Shown one piece after another: positions 18,338 through 25,991 of a stretch of 35,669 bases of DNA; the stretch's first letter is position 1; each line of letters opens with the position of its first letter. Below the pieces are notes generated by a model. That model was not told the origin of the DNA. It ran no database searches and worked only from the letters and a program-made list of their open reading frames with translations. Position numbers and translations under genes: made by a program. The stretch comes from Nanobdellota archaeon. Lineage in GTDB: Archaea > Nanobdellota > Nanobdellia > UBA10117 > ARS21. Location of the stretch: positions 73,752 through 109,420 of the forward strand of contig JAAZYP010000001.1 in NCBI GenBank assembly GCA_014239585.1. The letters run 5' to 3'.

Positions 18338-18873
18338 TATTTCGATTTTTTATCTTCTTTCGGTTTTTCAACCTTTTCTGCAGGCTTTTCTTCTTTCGGT
18401 TTTTCAACCTTTTCTGCAGGCTTTTCTTCAGATTTTGATTCTTCTTTAACTTCTTTCTTTGGCGCTTCAGCTTTCGGTTTTTCTTCTTTAACTTCAGCTT
18501 TCTTTTCAACCTTTTTTACAGGTTTTGCTTCACCGTCTAAAAGAATTTTAATATCTTTCAAAAGTGTTTCCATCATTTTTTTATCTGCAGATACAATTGC
18601 TACAGCCGCTGTTGCGACAGGTAGACCTGCAGCTGCACCCAATTCTGATTTAGATGGTACATCCACATGCATGATGCTCTTTTCTTTTGCAATTAAAGGC
18701 AAGTGCATAATAATTTCAGCTGGAGAACTGTCAGCAGCAGAAATAGATAATTTCGCTTCTCCTCGTTCTAAGCTTTTAGTAACTTCATTTACGCCCTTTC
18801 GGATTTTACCTTCCGATCTGGCATTCTCAATTAGAGAATAAATTCTTTCCGTAATGTCTTTTGTTAGTTCCAT
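18337..18873 (-). CDS. rpl7ae: 50S ribosomal protein L7Ae with Lys/Glu/Pro-rich C-terminal extension
   Basis: GKIRKGVNEVTKSLERG, PAEIIMHLP and SKSELGAAAGL; about 60-aa low-complexity tail. Confidence 0.96.
   Translation of the reverse strand: MELTKDITERIYSLIENARSEGKIRKGVNEVTKSLERGEAKLSISAADSSPAEIIMHLPLIAKEKSIMHVDVPSKSELGAAAGLPVATAAVAIVSADKKMMETLLKDIKILLDGEAKPVKKVEKKAEVKEEKPKAEAPKKEVKEESKSEEKPAEKVEKPKEEKPAEKVEKPKEDKKSK
18353..18429. repeat. Perfect 36-bp tandem repeat (2 copies plus 5 bp) in the rpl7ae tail
   Basis: TCTTCTTTCGGTTTTTCAACCTTTTCTGCAGGCTTT occurs at 18353 and 18389 and encodes EEKPAEKVEKPK twice. Confidence 0.95.
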
Positions 18874-18874
18874 T

Positions 18875-18900
18875 TTAACCTCGTTAACCTCATTGGTTAA
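18875..18900 (-). promoter_or_regulatory. Kink-turn/K-loop element in the rpl7ae 5' UTR covering the SD sequence
   Basis: RNA reads UUAACC-AAU-GA-G-GUUAA-C-GA-GGUUAA-A-AUG: 6-bp C-stem, 3-nt bulge ending in U, tandem GA/AG, a G-C pair and a loop. TTTTTAAA TATA at 18930-18923 places the TSS near 18900. Confidence 0.78.
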
Positions 18901-18962
18901 TGAATTTGATTAACTCAAACTCTTTAAAAACTTTATTATTGGAGTATAGTTTGGAGTAAACA

Positions 18963-19280
18963 ATGGATAAATACACCAAACGAATTGACAGAAACATAGA
19001 AAAATTATCTGAAACTAGACAAATATTTCTGGAAAGTTTGATGAATAAATTAGAACATTCGTTAGATATAAAATCTGAATTAGAACCCGAATATAATTCA
19101 TTATCCAATACCGATAATGATTATCGAGAAATCTTAGATGTTTTGTCGGACGAAGTTATGAATGCCAATCGGATCAAAATGATGGATTATTTTGACAAAG
19201 CATCACCTTTCATTGCAATGGAATATTTTATGAGAAATATAAGTATCCAAGAAATGAAACTTAACGAATCTTCCGATTAA
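18963..19280 (+). CDS. Hypothetical protein (105 aa, acidic, helical)
   Basis: Fills the gap between rpl7ae and gltX. TTTATTAT lies about 25 nt upstream and GGAG precedes the ATG. Confidence 0.65.
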   Translation: MDKYTKRIDRNIEKLSETRQIFLESLMNKLEHSLDIKSELEPEYNSLSNTDNDYREILDVLSDEVMNANRIKMMDYFDKASPFIAMEYFMRNISIQEMKLNESSD

Positions 19281-20460
19281 GTGCGTTTAGTGTTTTGTAA
19301 ACTTCTTTCTTTTCAACAGTTTTGTCTCGTTTTGTCGGACCAATTTCATAAAAATATTTTATCAAAGTTTCAGGTTTAAATCCACGTTTTTTCAAAGAAG
19401 ATAGTGTTTCGATTTTTGAATCATCATATCCCGAGAATTTTCCCGATTCGACACCTTTTCGAATTTCAGACGCAGAAATATTCATACCTTTAAAATTAAT
19501 TCTTCCAAGATGAATATATTCAGGAATTTTCCAATTCATAAATTTGAAAATATTTTGTTGACGTCTAGTTTGATCTTCATGATCTTTTCCACGGATAACG
19601 TGTGTTAATTTTAAATCATGATCATCAATTGCTACTGAAAAATTCATCATTGGCCAAACTTTATATTTTTTACCAACACGAGGATGAGAGTTAGTATTTA
19701 TTCTAAATGCAATCCAATCGCGAAGTGCTGGATTTTTTAATCGAGAATCAGTTTTTACTCTAACAACCGCTTCACCCGATTTGTATTTACCCATAAGCAT
19801 CTTATTCCATTTTATCAAATTATCTTTAATTGAATTGTTAGTACCTAGCGGAGATTCACCATTTCTAATTTTTTTACGAATAAGTTCTGGATCTTCTTCA
19901 CAAACATACAAATGTCCAGATTTCAATAATTTTTCACCATATTTGTAATATGATTCAATTCGGTCAGATTGAATATATAATTCATCCGGTTTTCCAACTA
20001 ACCATTCAAAATCTCGCTCAATCATTTTGTAAAATTTTTTGAAATTTCCGTCAGGATTAGTATCTTCAATTCGAAGAATATGTTTTCCATTATATTTATC
20101 TCGATAAATTTTATTTATTGACAAGACTAAAGCGTGTCCGATGTGAAGCGGCCCCGAAGCAGATGGTGCAGAACGAACTCTAAATATTTTTTTAATATTT
20201 GGAAGATCAATTATTTCTTTCTTAATTATTTCTTTCGGATCAAAAAAGGAAGGATTTATTTTTTTCAATTTTTCAATTTGATCAGAAATCGATAATGCAT
20301 TGACTTCAGAAATTGTTTTTGCAACTGTTTTTGCAACAGTTGAAATTTTAGATTTATATTTAATAGTAGGTATGATTTTGTTAATTACTGCTTTTTGATT
20401 AGCCTTACCTTTAAATTCAACTGCATTTTCTAAAGACAGTTGAAGTATTTTCTTCCTCAT
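19261..20460 (-). CDS. gltX: Glutamate--tRNA ligase, archaeal type, lacking the C-terminal anticodon-binding domain
   Basis: Archaeal N-domain, then APSASGPLHIGH, LRIEDTNP, NPALRDW, WPMMNFSVAIDD..L.LTHVIRGKDH and ISAS (KMSKS-like). Only 399 aa. Confidence 0.88.
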   Translation of the reverse strand: MRKKILQLSLENAVEFKGKANQKAVINKIIPTIKYKSKISTVAKTVAKTISEVNALSISDQIEKLKKINPSFFDPKEIIKKEIIDLPNIKKIFRVRSAPSASGPLHIGHALVLSINKIYRDKYNGKHILRIEDTNPDGNFKKFYKMIERDFEWLVGKPDELYIQSDRIESYYKYGEKLLKSGHLYVCEEDPELIRKKIRNGESPLGTNNSIKDNLIKWNKMLMGKYKSGEAVVRVKTDSRLKNPALRDWIAFRINTNSHPRVGKKYKVWPMMNFSVAIDDHDLKLTHVIRGKDHEDQTRRQQNIFKFMNWKIPEYIHLGRINFKGMNISASEIRKGVESGKFSGYDDSKIETLSSLKKRGFKPETLIKYFYEIGPTKRDKTVEKKEVYKTLNALNRKIR

Positions 20461-20496
20461 AAAAGATTTAAGTCGCAGAAATTTAAAAGACTAACT

Positions 20497-21507
20497 TTAT
20501 TTCGGATAAGCGGAATTAATTATTAATTGTTTATTTTTGAAATGTTTATGAACTGTTTTAAGATAACGATTAAATACTGTTGCCAAACTTGATTTTAAAT
20601 CCGCAGGATGTATTTTTTTGGATTTGTAATCTTTTTCTAATTCAAAAATGGTTGAATAAGCTTTATTTCCTCCAAATTTTTCAGGGCGAATTATATCAAA
20701 TTTTCCGTCAACAGGAAATACAACATTCCGAACCATATCTATAACTCCATTATTTTCAACAATTCCTTCAGGACAGTAAGCTTTACCTATTTTTTTAGTA
20801 ACTGATTTTGACGAATCATCAATATATATTGAAGAATTAGGATCAGAAGCAGACATTTTACCACCAGATTTACTTAACCCGATCAGCGGTGTAAATATAC
20901 AAATTGGCTTTTTATGACCTAGTTTCGGAACTTCTTCTCGCGCAAGCATGTAAATTTTCCTTTGATCGATTCCAGAATATGCAATATCAGCATTAAGATG
21001 ATGAACATCAATTGCTTGCATTAACGCATAATTCATTGAACCCAAATCAGGATTATCTACTTGCCTCACAACTTCAGAACTTGCACGCATAGCACGCTTT
21101 AATTTAACCAGCCCCATAATCTTGTATAAATCAAAAATATAGTCTTTCTTTTGTTGAAATGATGAACCTAATACAAATTTTACTCTTTTTGTATCTGCGC
21201 CAATAGATTTTAATATGGCAGTCATGGCCTCCTTGTAGTATTTTGATCGAGCAGTTGCTAATTTCCACGGAGATTTTCGATCATCCAGATAAGCATGAAT
21301 ATCTGCAAGAAGATATTTAACATCTAATCCTGCATCAATAAAATCTTTCAATTTCACTGCCTGAACATAATAACCGATATGAACTTTTCCAGTCGGAGCA
21401 GCACCAATATAGACTGAAGGTTTCTTACGAGAACGTAAAAGTTTTTCCAATTCTGGGCGAGTAATGGTTTCGATAGTATTTCTCAAAATTAAGTCGATTT
21501 TATTCAT
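20497..21507 (-). CDS. tyrS: Tyrosine--tRNA ligase (archaeal type)
   Basis: YIGAAPTGKVHIGY, LADIHAYL, YALMQAID, GIDQRKI, KMSAS, KAYCP and HPADLK. Confidence 0.97.
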   Translation of the reverse strand: MNKIDLILRNTIETITRPELEKLLRSRKKPSVYIGAAPTGKVHIGYYVQAVKLKDFIDAGLDVKYLLADIHAYLDDRKSPWKLATARSKYYKEAMTAILKSIGADTKRVKFVLGSSFQQKKDYIFDLYKIMGLVKLKRAMRASSEVVRQVDNPDLGSMNYALMQAIDVHHLNADIAYSGIDQRKIYMLAREEVPKLGHKKPICIFTPLIGLSKSGGKMSASDPNSSIYIDDSSKSVTKKIGKAYCPEGIVENNGVIDMVRNVVFPVDGKFDIIRPEKFGGNKAYSTIFELEKDYKSKKIHPADLKSSLATVFNRYLKTVHKHFKNKQLIINSAYPK

Positions 21508-21596
21508 AATTACCTAAGTGTTTACTTTTTTATAAATAATTCCCATATTTTATGCTCTACATAATATTTATATAGGACAAGAAGCATATTTCGACT

Positions 21597-21776
21597 ATGA
21601 AAGCAAACTTAAGCACAGCTGCAACATGGATTGTAGTTCTTAGCGCTGTTAATGTTGCACTTGGATACGCAGGTATGGATTTAACTTCTTACTTAGGCGG
21701 ATTAAGCGGAGCATGGAATGCAGCAGTAGGACTATCCGGATTGTGGATGGGATATGGTTTATTGTCCGGTAATTAA
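21597..21776 (+). CDS. Small 59-aa hydrophobic protein, DUF378-like
   Basis: Hand-translated MKANLSTAATWIVVLSAVNVALGYAGMDLTSYLGGLSGAWNAAVGLSGLWMGYGLLSGN*. TTTATATA lies about 25 nt upstream and a hairpin plus T-tract follows. Confidence 0.8.
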   Translation: MKANLSTAATWIVVLSAVNVALGYAGMDLTSYLGGLSGAWNAAVGLSGLWMGYGLLSGN

Positions 21777-21804
21777 TCTTACTGGTACCAAAAATTTATT
21801 TACC

Positions 21805-21830
21805 GGGGAAAACTAGCTTCCCCATTTTTT
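21805..21830 (+). terminator. GC hairpin followed by T-tract
   Basis: GGGGAA-AACTAGC-TTCCCC-ATTTTTT between convergent genes. Confidence 0.6.
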
Positions 21831-21856
21831 ATTTAGAAAGTTAAGATAGAAAATTT

Positions 21857-23050
21857 TTATTCATATCTTAATGCATCTACGGGATTTAGTTTTGATGCAG
21901 CTCGAGCAGGAAGAATTCCAGATAAAATTCCTGCAATCGCAGAAAATAATATCGCACCACCAACAACGTATGGATCAATTAAAATAAGAAAAGGCAATCC
22001 TGGACTAAATGCTTCAATAGCATATTTGGCACCGAGTGCCATTAATATTCCGATAATACTTCCAATAATACCTCCAACCACACCAAAAAATGCAGATTCA
22101 ATTAAGAAAATAGTCATAATTGCTTTATTTGTTGCACCAATTGATTTCATTATACCTATTTCTTTAGTTCTTTCAAGAACAGACATGTACATTGTATTAG
22201 CAATACCTACTGCCCCAACAATTAATGCTATTCCTGCTATACCTACAATAACGTATTGAATTATACCTAAAATATTATTAATTTGTTCCAAAATAGCAGT
22301 TGAAGTACTCAGGATGAAGTTTTTATCTCCTCGATAATCTTCATAATCTTCTTCCAATTCTTCAGCAAATTTTTCAATATCTACTCCCTCCTTTACAATA
22401 ATTTGTGCACCGGTTACTTTATTCGCAGGCGCAAAAATTTTTCGGGCATCATCGATCGACATTGCAATAGAAGTATCATCGGCATCATTTCCAATTCGTT
22501 CATATATTCCGATAACTTTGAAAGTTTTTCCACCAACTTTAATTCGACTTTTTAGATCGATCTTCTTTTCAAAATAATCATGATTTAGTTTCCAGCCAAT
22601 AATAACTGAACCTGTTTCTCCATCTTGAAAATTTCGACCACGTTCAACTTCAAAATTTGATCGTCCTAAAAATTCAGCCCAAAATTCAGTATCTATAGCA
22701 TAAACAATCGGATATTTTTTTTCAGATTTGTATTCGACTTCCTGAGTATCATAAACATAAGGTATTACTATATCCGTTTCACCAAATGATTCAAAGAAAT
22801 TTATATCTCTGTTTTTAAGACCATATTCTCCCGGGGTTGGGGGACCAAAAGCCGTACCGCCTTGAACTAAAATTACATCGGTTCCAAATTCTTCAAAAGC
22901 CGCATTTACTGCATTTTCAGTACCTTGGGCAATTAAAGTCAAAGAAACAATTGCAGAAATACCGATAACAATACCTATAACGGTCAACCAACTACGTAAT
23001 TTTCTTCGTTTAAGATTATTTAACGCAATTAGAATATACTCACGTAACAT
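21857..23050 (-). CDS. ABC transporter permease, MacB/FtsX family
   Basis: RKLRSWLTVIGIVIGI, a large extracytoplasmic domain, SVLERTKEIGIMKSIGA and PARAASKLNPVDALRYE. Start trimmed to ATG 23050. Confidence 0.95.
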   Translation of the reverse strand: MLREYILIALNNLKRRKLRSWLTVIGIVIGISAIVSLTLIAQGTENAVNAAFEEFGTDVILVQGGTAFGPPTPGEYGLKNRDINFFESFGETDIVIPYVYDTQEVEYKSEKKYPIVYAIDTEFWAEFLGRSNFEVERGRNFQDGETGSVIIGWKLNHDYFEKKIDLKSRIKVGGKTFKVIGIYERIGNDADDTSIAMSIDDARKIFAPANKVTGAQIIVKEGVDIEKFAEELEEDYEDYRGDKNFILSTSTAILEQINNILGIIQYVIVGIAGIALIVGAVGIANTMYMSVLERTKEIGIMKSIGATNKAIMTIFLIESAFFGVVGGIIGSIIGILMALGAKYAIEAFSPGLPFLILIDPYVVGGAILFSAIAGILSGILPARAASKLNPVDALRYE

Positions 23051-23051
23051 T

Positions 23052-23963
23052 TCAGCTCTTCCTTTTTCGCATCCATCGGTATGTAATAAAAGCAAGAATC
23101 AAAAATAAAATTGTAATTTTTCCAAAGGAACTGCTTTTAATCAGCCCAATTTTTTGAGCATCATTTTCAGTATAAACATTAAATTTAACTTCTTCTTGAG
23201 TTTGATAGGTTTTGTAATTATCGTCAGAATACTCAACATTCAACAAGATACTTATTTCTTTAGAAGTTTTAATTTTAGGATTAATATATACTTGATAAGT
23301 TTCTCTTTCAAAATCATTTGTTTCCAGTTCACCTAAATATTTTCGAGGTGTAGAAATTATATCATAATCTTCAGTATTAATCATATCTATGGTCAGGAAT
23401 TGAATTCCAAGTTTGCCTTTATTTACTGCAGTTATAATTACTTCACCCAGAGTTCCCGGTGTAAAAACTTCATAATCATCAATTCCAATTTCGAGTTTTG
23501 GTTTTCCACCAGTATTAACCGAGATAGTGGTAACTATTTTTTTAACTTCATCTTCACAAAATTCATCTTCACAAACCTTTATATTAAGATTATAAGAACC
23601 ACTTAAGGCTTGATCATCAATCATCAATCTGAAATCAACAAGTTTTTCTCGTCCCGAAGACATTTGAGATATACTTTCTGCTCCAGATTCTGTGCCCATT
23701 AAATAAAAGGGATAAGTTGGATCAGCCACAATATAGAAATTTTTCATTTCCTTATTTCCCATATTTTTAACAACAACATAAACATCAAGATAATTTCCCG
23801 GTTCTGCAGGAACTGGATCATAAGTTGAACTTTCGAGTATAAGATTACCTCCTTCAATAATCGGTAAATTTAATGTTGTTGCAGGAATTGAAGCCGTTTC
23901 AGAATAAGCGGATACTCCCGAAATCAAAACTAAAACTAAAACTAAAACTAAAAAATTTCTCAT
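23052..23963 (-). CDS. COG1361 S-layer-domain family exported protein
   Basis: Signal peptide, YDPVPAEPG...V..KN.G, beta-rich Ig-like repeats and a C-terminal TM with basic tail; sits inside the ABC operon. Confidence 0.8.
   Translation of the reverse strand: MRNFLVLVLVLVLISGVSAYSETASIPATTLNLPIIEGGNLILESSTYDPVPAEPGNYLDVYVVVKNMGNKEMKNFYIVADPTYPFYLMGTESGAESISQMSSGREKLVDFRLMIDDQALSGSYNLNIKVCEDEFCEDEVKKIVTTISVNTGGKPKLEIGIDDYEVFTPGTLGEVIITAVNKGKLGIQFLTIDMINTEDYDIISTPRKYLGELETNDFERETYQVYINPKIKTSKEISILLNVEYSDDNYKTYQTQEEVKFNVYTENDAQKIGLIKSSSFGKITILFLILAFITYRWMRKRKS
23926..23949. repeat. (AAAACT)4 in-frame microsatellite in the signal-peptide core
   Basis: Four perfect copies encoding the LVLVLVLV run. 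Confidence 0.85.
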
Positions 23964-24640
23964 TAGTTTATCTCTCCATCTACAATCTTATATATCTTAT
24001 GTTCACTTGTTCGTTTTACAAGATCTAAATCATGAGTTACAATAATTATAGTTTTACCTTCTTTATTAATTTCATTAAATAAATTCATAATCATTTTACC
24101 GGTTTTGGTATCTAGATTTCCAGTAGGTTCATCTGCAATAATAACTTCAGGATTATTTGCTAATGATCGTGCTACTGCAACGCGTTGTCTCTCACCGCCC
24201 GATAATTCAGTCGGTAAATTATTTAATCTATGATTTAAATCAACCTTATTTAATAATTTTTTAGCGCGTTTTATTTTTTCTTCAACAGGAATTTCTTGAA
24301 AAGTCATTGGAAGCATAACATTTTCTAAAGCAGTCATACTATTAATTAAATTAAAGGATTGAAAAACAAATCCGATTTTACTTCCACGAATTTGCGCCAA
24401 ATCACTTTCAGTTAATGAAGAAATATTTATTCCATCAAGAAAAATTTTACCTCGAGAAGGATAATCTAAACTACCAATCATATTTAGTAATGTTGATTTT
24501 CCAGAACCCGATTTTCCAACAATAAATACAATTTCATTTTTGTTAATATCTAATGAAATATTGCGGTTTGCATATATTTTAGAATCACCCATATCATAAA
24601 TTTTCCATACCTTTTTCAGAGAGATAATGGGGTTAGTCAT
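23963..24640 (-). CDS. ABC transporter ATP-binding protein (LolD/MacB-like)
   Basis: GKSGSGKST, FVFQSFNL, LSGGERQRV, ADEPTGNLD and VTHD. Confidence 0.97.
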   Translation of the reverse strand: MTNPIISLKKVWKIYDMGDSKIYANRNISLDINKNEIVFIVGKSGSGKSTLLNMIGSLDYPSRGKIFLDGINISSLTESDLAQIRGSKIGFVFQSFNLINSMTALENVMLPMTFQEIPVEEKIKRAKKLLNKVDLNHRLNNLPTELSGGERQRVAVARSLANNPEVIIADEPTGNLDTKTGKMIMNLFNEINKEGKTIIIVTHDLDLVKRTSEHKIYKIVDGEIN

Positions 24641-24669
24641 AAATCAGATAGTGAGTTCTATCTTAAAAA

Positions 24670-25200
24670 TTATTGGTAAGTTTTTTGATAAAGTTTTATT
24701 GAATCTTTTATCGCCTTTCTAGCCTTTCGGGCGTTTACCCATTTTCCAATTTCAACTTTGTTTTTTCTAAGATCTTTATATCTATCAAAAAAGTGATAAA
24801 TTTCTTCCAAAAATGCTTTTGGAACGTGTTTCAAATCTTTAATTTCATCAAATCTAGGATCATTTGCAGGAACTGCTAAGATCTTTTCATCTGACTTTCC
24901 GCCATCAATCATATGTAACATCCCAACTGGCCTTGCTTTTACCAGAATTCCCGGGTGTAACGGAGAGTGTGTAAGTAAAATTACATCTAAAGGATCATCA
25001 TCATCACAAAGTGTTTGCGGAACAAAACCATAATTTCCGGGATAACTCATAGAAACTTCAAGAACTCTATCAAGCATTATTAATCCGGTTTCTTTATCCA
25101 GTTCATACTTATCTTTACTACCGCTTGGTATTTCAATGATAACATTGATTACATCAGGTGCATTCTTCCCGTATGAAATGTTGTGCCACATATTTGTCAT
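24670..25200 (-). CDS. ppa: Inorganic pyrophosphatase (family I)
   Basis: IEIP, KYELDK, YPGNYGFVPQTL, DDDPLDV and DEKILAV. Confidence 0.97.
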   Translation of the reverse strand: MTNMWHNISYGKNAPDVINVIIEIPSGSKDKYELDKETGLIMLDRVLEVSMSYPGNYGFVPQTLCDDDDPLDVILLTHSPLHPGILVKARPVGMLHMIDGGKSDEKILAVPANDPRFDEIKDLKHVPKAFLEEIYHFFDRYKDLRKNKVEIGKWVNARKARKAIKDSIKLYQKTYQ

Positions 25201-25239
25201 ATTAGTATCTCGTAATTTGAATTAAAAAGGTTTTGGATG

Positions 25240-25953
25240 TTATTGCTCATTTAGAATTTCATCTAAATTTTTCATCAATCTACTTGCTTGATCTGGAGCA
25301 AATTCTTTAACTAAACTTCTAACTTCTGAACGATCAAATCCTCTTCCTGAAGAAGATAAAGCCTTAGTTAAATTGTATATATCGATTCTATCTCCTGAAC
25401 TAAATCTACTGATTTTTGGCAGTATTAAAACTTCAGGTTTTGGAACAACAATTTTTGAAGAACATCCTTTTCCTCGATGATCATAAGTTATATCTAATTC
25501 AGTAGCAGATTCTACTTGATAATTGAATAATGCATCGTCAAATCCTTGATATATTTTTGGATCAGTTGCAAGTTGAACTCGCATTTGATGCCCATTTTTG
25601 ATTACACCCAAAGATTTATGACTTTTTTTTATATTTGGAGAAAATCGTTCTCTAATATGATTTTCTAATTCATATGAAAAAAATCTGTAATTCTCATTAG
25701 TAAGCATAACTATATCGATATCGTCAGTTGGTCTGAATACATGTTCTAGTTGTGCTCTTGCTTCACGCATAGATTGATAAAGAGGTTTTTGATTTTGCGA
25801 AGGATTTGTTAATATATCCGATAAATGAGCTTGAACTGCTCCGCCGCCCACAATAACATAAGGTATTGAATTTTCCTTTGCAAAACTATCGAGTGTTTCC
25901 ACTAATTCAAAATATTCCTTATCCAGCAAGGTGTTTTTATCTTTAATTTTCAT
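25240..25953 (-). CDS. Putative nucleotidyltransferase (Pol-beta fold, AbiEii/DUF6036-like)
   Basis: YVIVGGGAV...RPTDDIDIV (GG + RxTxDxD) and PEVLILPKI...DRID. Confidence 0.75.
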   Translation of the reverse strand: MKIKDKNTLLDKEYFELVETLDSFAKENSIPYVIVGGGAVQAHLSDILTNPSQNQKPLYQSMREARAQLEHVFRPTDDIDIVMLTNENYRFFSYELENHIRERFSPNIKKSHKSLGVIKNGHQMRVQLATDPKIYQGFDDALFNYQVESATELDITYDHRGKGCSSKIVVPKPEVLILPKISRFSSGDRIDIYNLTKALSSSGRGFDRSEVRSLVKEFAPDQASRLMKNLDEILNEQ

Positions 25954-25991
25954 AATCTGCTCGATTTTTTTGCGTTTATAAGCTTAACGAT

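Noticed and set aside
18353-18429. 36-bp repeat as a mini CRISPR
   Set aside because: The copies are directly adjacent with no spacer and are in frame within a CDS.
18311-18841. 176-aa plus-strand ORF with FSTFSAG repeats
   Set aside because: Antisense mirror of the rpl7ae low-complexity tail.
18890-19108. 72-aa minus-strand ORF as the missing GluRS C-terminus or an rpl7ae leader peptide
   Set aside because: No resemblance to an anticodon beta-barrel; it is antisense to the 105-aa ORF and runs across the rpl7ae promoter.
21597-21776. Microcin/RiPP precursor processed by TldDE
   Set aside because: More than 8 kb from tldDE, with no modification enzymes; DUF378-like membrane features explain it better.
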